The notes beneath the pieces were generated by a model. It had not been told where the DNA came from. It did no database searches and saw only the letters and a program-made list of their open reading frames with translations. Below, piece by piece: positions 1 through 48,847 of a stretch of 64,000 nt of DNA. This stretch comes from Octopus bimaculoides. Its lineage: Eukaryota. The stretch covers positions 116,809,643-116,873,642 of the forward strand of contig NC_068986.1 in the NCBI RefSeq assembly GCF_001194135.2, given 5' to 3'. Numbering within the stretch: position 1 is the first letter of the stretch; every line of letters starts with the position of its first letter. The position numbers were made by a program, and so were the translations under genes.

Positions 1-94
1 GAAAGTAGAAAAATCTGACAAAGAACGTTACTGCTGGTTTGAGTTGATTCTTTGGCTACTGACAGCTAATACCATGACTGGCCGGAGCGAGCTA

Positions 95-183
<89 letters not shown>

Positions 184-499
184 CTATCACTCGAAAGTTA
201 TTGGAACAAATTTGACACCTATATCCATGCGTTTGAAAACACACAGAGTATAAGGCTACTACTAAAGCAGAGTGGTCCCGAATGCGCAGTCGCGCGTCCG
301 CGCTAGCTAGTCGTGAGCGGTCGATCCTATTATTTCTAAACTTCAAACTTCATTTGTTTTCTATTTTGATAAATTCTCTCTGTTGAAAATTATATTTTTA
401 TATTTTAAATAATTTGCAATTTCAGAAAATATATTTTTATATTAAATTTGCGTTTTCTAATTTGATAAATTCTACGGACACAAACAGAGGTGAACGAGT

Positions 500-557
<58 letters not shown>

Positions 558-658
558 GGGAGATAGTGAGATAGACAGACAGATAGATAGCTCCGGCCAG
601 TCAGTAGCCAAAGAATCAACTCAAACCAGCAGTAACGTTCCTTGTCAGTTCTACTTTC
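1..658. mobile_element. Fold-back element with ~170-190-bp inverted arms containing microsatellites
   Basis: 1-193 is the imperfect reverse complement of 495-658; the left arm may extend beyond the window. Confidence 0.7.
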
Positions 659-1993
659 AATTCTGACAGTACCTACTGTAAGCTAATGGAGTGCTATGCT
701 TTGGGTTCTCTACTTGTTCTAGTGACTCTCTCCCATCCCTGTATTATGTCTGCCTCTTCCCCATCACCCTGGTTCCACAGACTGCCCAACCACATCATAT
801 CTCTCACTGTCCTTCCTTTTCCCCAGTGACTATCATCTTTATTATTCCTACTACTCGCCGCTCCCATTTTTCTGCATTCTTTTCTCCCCCACTCCGCCAG
901 CTAATAGTTTTATTTCATCTTCCGTTTCACCCTACCCAGTTGGTCAGTCTGCCTCCCTATCCCTCATTTACCTTCCCATACAATCTTGCAAACCACCCAC
1001 ACACCCACTTCTAATCAGCACGTGCTTTGTGCGACCACTTGGGTACCTTATCACCATTATCTATGTCTTGCATCTCCTACTTGTCATTTCCCCCTACTAT
1101 ATGTGAGCACCTATGCAGATCCCTTTTCAGGAAGCTGCTCTGCATCCCTCCTCATAGAAACCCCCTCGTCCCTAGCATGAAGCTAACCCCTCGCCTCCTC
1201 TAGGGATCATAGTTCCGCGAACTGCATAGGGACCTCAATAGTGCAGATGGTATGAAAAAAGTATCCAGTCCATGCTGCAAAACGGTTGGCATTAGGAAGG
1301 TCATCCAGCCGTAAAAAAACCATGCCAAAGCAGATATTGGAGCTTGATGCAATCCATAGACACATCAGATCCCACCAAACCAACCAGCCATACCAGCATG
1401 AAACGCGGACGTTAAATGATCATTAATCAACCAATCAGCCTTCGACGTGGTTGAACAACCTGTAGTGAAACTACCTCCCGCCATTAGATACAAACTACTA
1501 TCGCCATTACATACAATCTTCTCATTTAAATACAAATAAATGCGAGCGTAGTAGAGAACCCATTCCTTGTCATCACGTGACTGATCATTATTCGAATCGG
1601 CAACTTCTTCGAACCGTTCCCGCCAGAACGCAAACTGACCAATCACAGCCCTTAATAAGGTCACGTGATAGAGTATATTTCTGATATCTGGTGAGCCCCC
1701 TTAACGCTATAAATAGATCAACTCATNNNNNNNNNNNNNNNNNNNNNNNNNNNNNNNNNNNNNNNNNNNNNNNNNNNNNNNNNNNNNNNNNNNNNNNNNN
1801 NNNNNNNNNNNNNNNNNNNNNNNNNNNNNNNNNNNNNNNNNNNNNNNNNNNNNNNNNNNNNNNNNNNNNNNNNNNNNNNNNNNNNNNNNNNNNNNNNNNN
1901 NNNNNNNNNNNNNNNNNNNNNNNNNNNNNNNNNNNNNNNNNNNNNNNNNNNNNNNNNNNNNNNNNNNNNNNNNNNNNNNNNNNNNNNNNNNNN

Positions 1994-2413
1994 NTGACAA
2001 GAGTTCTTAAATAGACAAGAAATTCTCAGCCAGCGACGAACATCTGTATAACAAGAATCACGGCCCGGCATCGATGCCACGACATCACAACTAGTGATCA
2101 GCTCTGCCACACTCAGCCAACTCACTTCACATACAAATTCATATTATTGTGTACTAACGAACTGGTATAATTGCTCACGTGTTATTTACTGACTCTCTTT
2201 CTATCTGCTGTAATAATTCACATACACACACATGTATCACTTACATACACACTTTTCTTTGTATGACGGCCTGTCTTTGATTATATTCTTATATGTCGCA
2301 TTCACACTCTCACACAGACATACATCTTTAACGCTACAATAAATATCTCTGTTATTCATCTAATACGGTTGTGGTCTTTCATTACTGGTCATCTATGTTA
2401 TCGTCGCATAACA
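1994..2413 (+). mobile_element. Possible solo-LTR 3' part
   Basis: AATAAA at 2338 and ...cgcataaca terminus. The 5' end is lost in the gap and no TSD or PBS was found. Confidence 0.3.
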
Positions 2414-3717
2414 TATTTGTATATCATCATTAGATATATATTTGTATGTTCGACCATGTGACGCGTTTAAATAAAAGGAGTCCTCTGTTTTTCCATTCGT
2501 CACCATTTCTCCTTTTTGAGTTCGCACGGTCGTACCTTACAAACCAATCCTAATCAATCGGTGACAGTAATAAGCACACGTGTTTAAATACAAACTTTAC
2601 ACATAAACACACACACACACGCGCGGCATGTCTGTGTGGAAGCTTGCTTCCCAAACACATAATTCCGGGTTCAGTCCCACTGCGTGGCACCTTGGGCAAG
2701 TGTCTTTTACTATAGCTTCAGGCTAACCAAAGCCTTGTGTGTGGATTTAGTAGATGGAAACTGAAAGAAGCCCGTCGTGTATATGCATGTGTGTGTCTTT
2801 GTGTCTGTGTTTGTCCACCACCACCGCTCGACAACCGGTGTTAGTGTGATTACGTCCCCGTAACTTAGCGCGGTTCGGCAAAGAGCCTGACAGAATAAAT
2901 ATATGTGTGTGTGTGTCTTTTTTCAATCTTTTGTCTTATGGCCGGTCAGAAAATTAACATTTATTTCACGTACACACACGCACACACGCGTGATATATAT
3001 TCGTTTCAGGTCCTATTGTATAGACTGGCACATGTATTCTGCAGTTAAAGTTAATTATGCATGCACCGCCTTTTCGTTTCTAAGGTGATTTGTTTACTAC
3101 GGATACGAAACTTGACTTAACCTGTTTGATGACACGAGCTCTCTTCGCGAAAATTATCTGTTGCAAAGTAAGTAAATTTAATATCAAAGTAAGATTAAAC
3201 AGAAAGGACACTGTTATAAGCTGTTGTCAAATATATTGTCAATATTACCACGTGCAATTTTTGTGAAGTTTATTTTTGTTTTTCGTTGTAAAATGTAATT
3301 TTAAGCGTTACAATTGACTACTTAAAACTCCCATCGCGGGAGCCCGAACGTGGTCGCTTGGCTTGTTAGTAAATAGTGGGCAAATCTCCCGTAAGCAACA
3401 TCCTTCTGTCATGAAATAAAGGACGAAGTTTCAACGTTTAATAGTTAATTTGGTAGAAAATTATCCACCAACAACTTTGGCCACCATTGTGAATTATATA
3501 TATATATATATATATATGCTGGATACGGGCTCTCTCAAAAGTGTCGATCCCCTCCTTATGGGGAAAGCTTAATCTGTAATGTTTGCAGTCGTGTATGCTT
3601 GTCAAGAGCAGGGCTCATTAGCCACCAACGGAGCCGCAAATGCAAAATATAAGTTAGTCCTAGAGCGCACAATGTTCCTGAAGGTCAGCAATGGTCTTCC
3701 TCGGTCACGAGTCGATG

Positions 3718-3795
<78 letters not shown>

Positions 3796-3829
3796 CCCAT
3801 GAATTTTAAAAGCGTTGTTTTTCATGCTT

Positions 3830-4070
3830 AGAATTAGCGTAAACTACGAACATCAGCTGTTAGCTGTCAGGACACTGAATCCTTCAAAGATTCCATGCTT
3901 CCTGAAATTCACCAACATTACTCCTGACATATCTATGCATCCTTTCCTCGTAATGACTCTTTTAATGTTCACTTTTCTGTCTTTTTGTGTTTTATTCTGT
4001 GTACTGTGCATGTATTTCTTGCTTTCATTACTTTCTTACTTTACTTGACTAATATGTCTGCTTTCTGTGA
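3830..4070 (+). mobile_element. 3' end of the same CR1-like family (other copies ~10790-11050 +, ~28135-28330 +)
   Basis: Shares ...tgtcaggac...ccatgcttcctgaaattcaccaacattac with the 3' end of the 35.4-36.6 kb LINE; the three copies share a 3' UTR. Confidence 0.65.
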
Positions 4071-4545
4071 CCTAAACTTTTCTGACGTGCTGCAGTATAC
4101 CTGGACTCAGTATTTTGCCTTTTTCGCTGCTTTCGCGGATTCGCATGACTCTCTGTCGCCATCCAATTCCATTCTAACGAATTTGAATTGGGAACTTGAG
4201 TCAATGCATCTTTTTTTTTAGCTGATTACACAACCATGGACACCACCTCTGTGGATGTATTGAAGTTACTCTCTTGATTGAGCTTGTGGAATTCCTTCAG
4301 TCAGCATCAATGTAAGAAGCACTGTTGGCTCAGTTGAGCTCTTCCACTACCTCTTCACAATCGCCATGCTGCAGCCCCATGACTTCGCCATTTCCTTGGT
4401 AGGGTAGCTGAACAGGTACTATGCTTTGCAAAAGAGCAGTCTGTAACTACACAGGGCACAGTCGTCACTCGTGAGGTATTTTCAAAATATCTGCATACCC
4501 ATACGTATTGTATACTGTAAGCTTTTTATTATTAACATTATTATT

Positions 4546-4870
4546 CCCTCTGCCTTAGTGAAGGTGGAGGTATTCTTTTCAGTTGTGTTTGTTTGTCCAT
4601 GGACAAGATATCTCAAGAACTGCTGGATAGATTTGGATGAAACTTTCCAAAATGTTTGGCCTCATGACTGGCACAAACTGATTAGATCTTGGGATTGATC
4701 CAGTACCAGACAAGGATTCTGGATTATTTGTTATATTTACTTTACATGAAGTATTACGATCTTACGTTGACTTTCAAGTCTTTCTCTGATTATCTCCCTT
4801 GAAAGCACGCTCATGGTTTCCGCATAAGCTATGGTGGCGTTGCTGTTTCTGAAGTTTTATTTTCGTTTCT
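4546..4870 (+). mobile_element. HINE/DINE-1-like (Helentron-associated) non-autonomous element
   Basis: Subterminal hairpin cctctgcctt-agtg-aaggtggagg, then gtttgtttgt and gatagatttggatgaaacttt...gattagatcttggg, as recalled for this element class. Confidence 0.45.
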
Positions 4871-5014
4871 CTATTATTAATTTTACTCACATCTCTATCT
4901 TCGTAGAAACTGATGAATAAAGAAATCAAACTTCATAAACAAATAGCAGCAAAACCGTTCAGAAATTAAATAACACTAACATATTCAGTAACATATGCTG
5001 TATTAATAATACAC

Positions 5015-5647
5015 ATAGCACTAGAAAGGTATACATGGCATCATAATCAAGTCCTCGGCGTCATAAGCGCAGCACTCAAGGAGAAGATCGAGGGATACAA
5101 TAGGAGAGAGTACCCAAAAGTGGAAAAACGCAGGAAAATATACTTCCAGAAGGAAGGAAAAGGACATAAGACCAGGCCTCCAAATAAAATATACGAGATA
5201 GACGAAAGATGGAAGGGATACTGGGAGCTGGCCACGGATTTGGGAAGACTAGTAATATTTCCACTCATAAAAACGACAAAAAGACCACACTTAGCCCTAT
5301 GGGACAGAGAACGGAGAATAGGAATCTTGCTAGAACTGACAGTACCATGGGAATTGAACATTGACAATGCAGAGAAACGAAAGGAGAAGAAGTACAAAAA
5401 ACTAATCGAAGAGTGCAGAGAACAGGGATGGACTGTTGAGTATTACCATCTGGTAGTGGAGGCTATGGGCTTCATTGAAAGAAAAATGAAAACGCTATTC
5501 AAAAGAAGATTTGCATTTTCAAGCTCAGAACTGAGAAAACTGATAAGGAGGATACAGGAGGCGGTCGAAAAAGCCAGCTTCTATATATGGCTGAAGTGGG
5601 AAGACCAAATATGGCTTGAAAGTCATAACATGCCGGCAGGAAAATAA
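5015..5647 (+). mobile_element. 5'-truncated RLE-type non-LTR retrotransposon (Hero/NeSL-like), endonuclease region
   Basis: Open frame ALERYTWHHNQVL...RPHLALWD...LLELTVPWE...KKYKKLIEECREQGW...VEAMGF. The catalytic PD is changed to PH. Confidence 0.8.
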
Positions 5648-6338
5648 CATCATTAGGTGAGACAGGCTAACACTGAAGTAGCTTCGTTGATTGACAGGTG
5701 ATGGTGTCGGTTAGAGAATGTGTGGGCTAAGATTACGCGCCCTCCATTAGTCAGTTAAAGTTTAGACAATGTCACATGACAACTTGCTGGGGCTGCCTGC
5801 TGGAGACTAGCAGCAGGTATTTAAAGGGAAATTTGACAAGACAGTCAGTCGGCCGCTGACACTCACTGACGCTGCATCGAAGAGGCCAGGGAACAGAAGG
5901 AAGAAGACATGCACTCAACACCAGAGCTGAAGACACCTCCAAAAGGAGGGGGTGGGCACGTCAAAACGGTAGAGGAGTAGGGGCCGATACCAGACGTGGT
6001 TCCTCCTGATGATGTCTTGAGCTAACTGGATCCTATAAAGGAGCTGTTGTGGTAGCAGACCACGAAACATGGTTGAAATTCCTACCTTAGAAGAGTTAGG
6101 TTGAAGCTGCCCTCAATCTTATCTCTTGCACACATCTACACACCTCTGTCATAACATTTCAGCAATCTCACCAGCTCTACCGTTCAGTATGCCTGCACTG
6201 ACTGTGGGTGAGCACGATATACGATAAAATTATTACCATTGAGAGAACAGTGCATGCTCTCAAAGTGACGCTGCTAAATTATGGGGATGTAAACACATCA
6301 ACACCAGTTGTCAAGCAGTAGTGGGGTACAAACACACA

Positions 6339-6405
<67 letters not shown>

Positions 6406-7170
6406 GACTGGCTTCTTTTAGTTTCTGTCTACAAAATCCATTCACAAGGCTTTGGTTGGCTTGAGGATCTAGTAAAAGACACTTGCCAAAGGTGCCACAC
6501 GGTGGAAGTGAACTCAGAACCATGTGGTTGGGAAACAAGCTTCTTATCACACAGCCATGTTTGCACCTTATTGATATTTTCACTATCAAAGATTAATTCT
6601 GCTGTTATTGATTTTTCTGATCAGATTAGCTGCAAATCATTTGCTGTTTTGTGATCTGTGAAGTAGGGAGGAATAGAAGGCATTGGCAGAAAGCAATTTA
6701 ACTTACACCTTTTAAGAGTCACAGTTGGCTGAACCTATGGAATATCTCAGACTGTTTGCTGAAGAGGTGAGAAATTTGTTCTGAATCACTGCTTCTGACT
6801 TGTGTCCGTATCAAGTTACTTTTACTATTTTGGTAGCAAACTGCATGGAACTACCTCTGGTTCCATTAAAGAAAATGTTTCTAAACTACTGTGATTACCA
6901 TAACACATGAAGTTGGTTCTGTTGTGTCACACAGCTTGCTAGAAATAGCTGCTAATCTCCCTCAAACCAATCCCTTCGTTAATCTTTAGAATTTGGTATA
7001 TGTGTTCATATTACAATATGTATCTACACACACACACACACACACTTGGTGATTTTGGAGGAAGGGACAGAGCCCATGACCCTTGCAGGTCCTTCATGAC
7101 TACTCAGTTTGATGTTCACATAGACACACACATAGATACACACACATACACACACATACACATATGTAAA

Positions 7171-7510
7171 GGCACATGGCTTAGTGGTTAGAGCATCGAG
7201 CTTACAATTGTGAGGTGGTGAGTTCGATTCCTGGACCGGGCTCTGTGTTGTGTTCTTGAGAAAGACACTTTATTTCACGTTGCTCCAGTTCACTCAGCTG
7301 TAGAAATGAGTTGCGATGCCACTGGTGCCAAGCTGTATCAGCCCCTTTGCCTTCCCCTTGGATAACATTGGTGGCTTGGAGAGGGGAGGCTGGTATGCAT
7401 GGGCAACTGCTGGTCTTCTATAAACAACCTTGCTTGGACTTGTGCCTCAGAGGGTAACTTTCTAGGTGCAATCATCCCATGGTCATTCTTGACTGAAGGG
7501 GGTCTCCTCC
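7171..7510 (+). mobile_element. tRNA-derived SINE (related copy ~22085-22330)
   Basis: A box tggcttagtgg and B box gagttcgattcc, followed by a non-tRNA body. Confidence 0.65.
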
Positions 7511-8683
7511 AATATATATATTGGAGGAGAGCAGGAGTGGCTGCGTGGTAAGTAGCTTGCTTACCAACCACATGGTTCTAGGTTCAGTCCCACTGTGTGG
7601 CACCTTGGGCAAGTGTCTTTTATTATAGCCTTGGGCCAACCAAAGCCTTGTGAGTGGATTTGGTGGACGGAAATTGAAAGAAGCCTGTCGTATCATCATC
7701 ATCGTCATCATCGTCATTTAACGTCCTCTTTCCATGCTAGCATGGGTTGGACGATTTGACTGAGGACTGGTGAAACCAGATGGCTACACCAGGCTCCAAT
7801 CTGATTATATATATATANNNNNNNNNNNNNNNNNNNNNNNNNNNNNNNNNNNNNNNNNNNNNNNNNNNNNNNNNNNNNNNNNNNNNNNNNNNNNNNNNNN
7901 NNNNNNNNNNNNNNNNNNNNNNNNNNNNNNNNNNNNNNNNNNNNNNNNNNNNNNNNNNNNNNNNNNNNNNNNNNNNNNNNNNNNNNNNNNNNNNNNNNNN
8001 NNNNNNNNNNNNNNNNNNNNNNNNNNNNNNNNNNNNNNNNNNNNNNNNNNNNNNNNNNNNNNNNNNNNNNNNNNNNNNNNNNNNNNNNNNNNNNNNNNNN
8101 NNNNNNNNNNNNNNNNNNNNNNNNNNNNNNNNNNNNNNNNNNNNNNNNNNNNNNNNNNNNNNNNNNNNNNNNNNNNNNNNNNNNNNATATATATATATAT
8201 ATATATATATATACGACGGGCTTCTTTCAGTTTCTGTCTACCAAATCCACTCACAAGCTTTTGGTTGGCCCGAGGCTATAGCAGAAGACACTTGCCCAAA
8301 GTACCATACAGTGGGACTGAACCCAGAACCATGTGGTTGGAAAGCAAGCTTCTTACCATGCAGCCATGCCTGCACCTTAAATTTTCACTTCTGTTACAAC
8401 AAAGCAGCTGAAATATGCAAGATCATTGATTAAATTTTGTGTGGTTTCTTCACTTGTAAGACTTGAAATCTGTGATTATATCTGGCAAAGATCAATGATC
8501 TTCAACTGCCCTACCTCCCAACCTTTTTCTCAGATTCCACAAACCTGGCCCCGATGTAGAGTAAAAATCCAAGATAACTCATTGATTTGTTTATCTTGAA
8601 AACAACCCACTTTAGGCTCATGTTTGAAAAGTAACACGTTGTCTTATTTATTTTCCAGATTGTGTGTAGAGGGAGCTCTAACG

Positions 8684-46575
<37,892 letters not shown>

Positions 46576-48712
46576 CCTTTCTGACCAAGGGAGCTTGATG
46601 CATTTCATGATGGCACCAATAGAAGAGCATACGAGGGATGCAGATATAAACACGCACACATTTATATTCAGAGGCCCTCCATAAGCTATTTTGTTTGGCT
46701 TATGCTTCCTTTTCTTGTTTTGAGATTGCAGTTTTTTTGTCTCTTTTAATCTAATTCATAAAACCTATCTTTTATTGGTTTCAGTTAAATGTTTTTATTA
46801 ATTGTTTTAACTCGGTACTTGTTTTACCTTACTGTTGAGGATAAAAAGCAAAGTAGACCAGGCACGAAGGCACAGAACCCACATTTTTAGTGCAAGTACT
46901 GATTTCGCTGTTATATATTTAATGGCTTTCTGCCAGTTTCTAGCAACTAAATTTAACTTGCAAAGCTTTGGTGAATCTGACGCTGCTGTTGAAGAAACTT
47001 GCCCAAGGTACTACACAGTGGCATTAAACTCAGAAATATTTTATTGTAAATTGAACACAGCCATATTTATGCTCATTAATAACTTATCTTTTCACTTGTA
47101 AAATTTAAGATTTAAAAAAAAATTCTTCACTTGTATATCTAACCACATTCTCAACAAGTAACATATTTAATATGAATACAAATATTTTTTTATCTAAAGC
47201 TGTATTCTGTGTCACTTGTTGCATTGTCATCTACTTCATATCTTCTTTGTCTTGTTCCTCCCCCACAGCTGGAAGTTTAAAAGATTATTGAGCCAACCGG
47301 CAGTTATTTTTTTACTGCTAAATATTCCACTTTATTCTTCCAAAAAAAAAAAAAAATTTCCCTACAAAAAAAACCAATCAAAAATTTTCATGTGTAATAA
47401 TATCAAAGATGTTTAGTTTTGCTAAACTAAAATTATGCTTTCTTTAGGCAAAATATCCTCACTGGTCACACGGTAAGAGATTAATTACCAAATATGAGTT
47501 TACTTGGTTGAACAGCAATTTCTTAAAGCCAGATATAAACAATATAAGAGAGGTCATATTTGAATAAAAAATTTCCCCAAAATTTTACTGTGAATGATAT
47601 TGCAAAATTTCTGTTGGTCAACATTAATATATAATGGTATAAGTATTTTACAAAACATAACCCAAATGTTGATTACTTTGAAAATTATTTTTGAATCCAG
47701 GCAATTTACTCATTAGGGATACAGTCCTGAAATGGTTAAATAATTTCCACATGAAGATTAGCAGTACCTTAAGATTAGAAATCATTCCAAACCAATATTC
47801 AGATTAAGTTTGGCTAATAACTTCTAGAAGTACAGTTATCATCATGACCATTAATAGCTAATGGCAAAATAGATATAATGATACCAAATTTAATTTTTTG
47901 AAGAGAGAAGCAATATCAACAGCTGTTGCTAAAATTAAAGAAAAGTTCCATGGAAAAAAACAATATCAACAAACTAATTTAACAAATCATTAATTTATTC
48001 TGAGATGTTTTATGTTCAGTGCCGTTTTTCAGTTCACTTAATTTTAGTTTGTAGTCCATAATACACAGCTCCTTTTATACTGGACAAGCACAGGAAATAC
48101 TGAGGAAATATAAAGACAGATTACTGCTACAGCGGCACCAATCTAGTTCAACTTTCCAGGTCATGGAAAAACATTGGCTGAACAATTTCGACATATTTAG
48201 CAGTAGGAGAAGTTGAGAAGGCGCTGTCAAAGGGAAGGGAGAGGAGAAAAAGAAAACACGCACTCACAATCCAATCCCTACTAGAGCTACACCTAAGTCT
48301 GATGCTGTACAAGGAAGAAGAAAATAATAATAATAATAGGTGTCAAAGAAGAGTCAGAAAGCTATAACACAAGTTAATGTTTTTTTTTTTCCTTTTTTTG
48401 TTAGAGTTCTTTTTTCATCGTTATTTGAATGTCACAAACTTCGTTTCCCACCAGCTAATCGAGTTGAATCTGTTGTTTGTTTTTTTTTCTCTCTCTCAGT
48501 CTGTTTAGTATTTCTGCCTCAAATGTTTTTAGTTTTACATTTGTGACGGTTGAGATATCACTTAGACAAAACTGATCACAGAGCAATGTGAGCTGAGATA
48601 AGAATTTTGAAAGAAAGGAAGAGAAAAAGAGAGACAGGGAAATGGCAGGTGATCTACAATGATGATGTGATGCTTTTAAGTTCTGTTTTTCTTCTAATGG
48701 GTCTGTAGAAAT

Positions 48713-48847
48713 TCAAGCCATCATTTTAGCGACAAAGTCTTCACCTTTCTGGATGTTTGTCTTCAATTCAGGCAGTGCAGCTTTGATGAGTTCAACTTCA
48801 TATTCAATCAACTTACCAATTCCAAGATTTTTCTCAACTCCGTTTAC
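48713..48847 (-). CDS. MDH2: MDH2 last exon ([11 protein letters not shown]...[11 protein letters not shown])
   Basis: tttcag acceptor; TGA at 48715-48713. Confidence 0.95.
   Translation of the reverse strand, partial: VNGVEKNLGIGKLIEYEVELIKAALPELKTNIQKGEDFVAKMMA

Noticed and set aside
7171-7250. tRNA gene
   Set aside because: A/B boxes are present, but I could not build a full cloverleaf and the head continues into a repeated SINE body. The same applies to 12383 and 16336.
7770-8411. Long ORFs spanning N runs (also 1691-2125, 17310-17705, 30425-31024, 43523-44577)
   Set aside because: Artefacts of assembly gaps translated as X.
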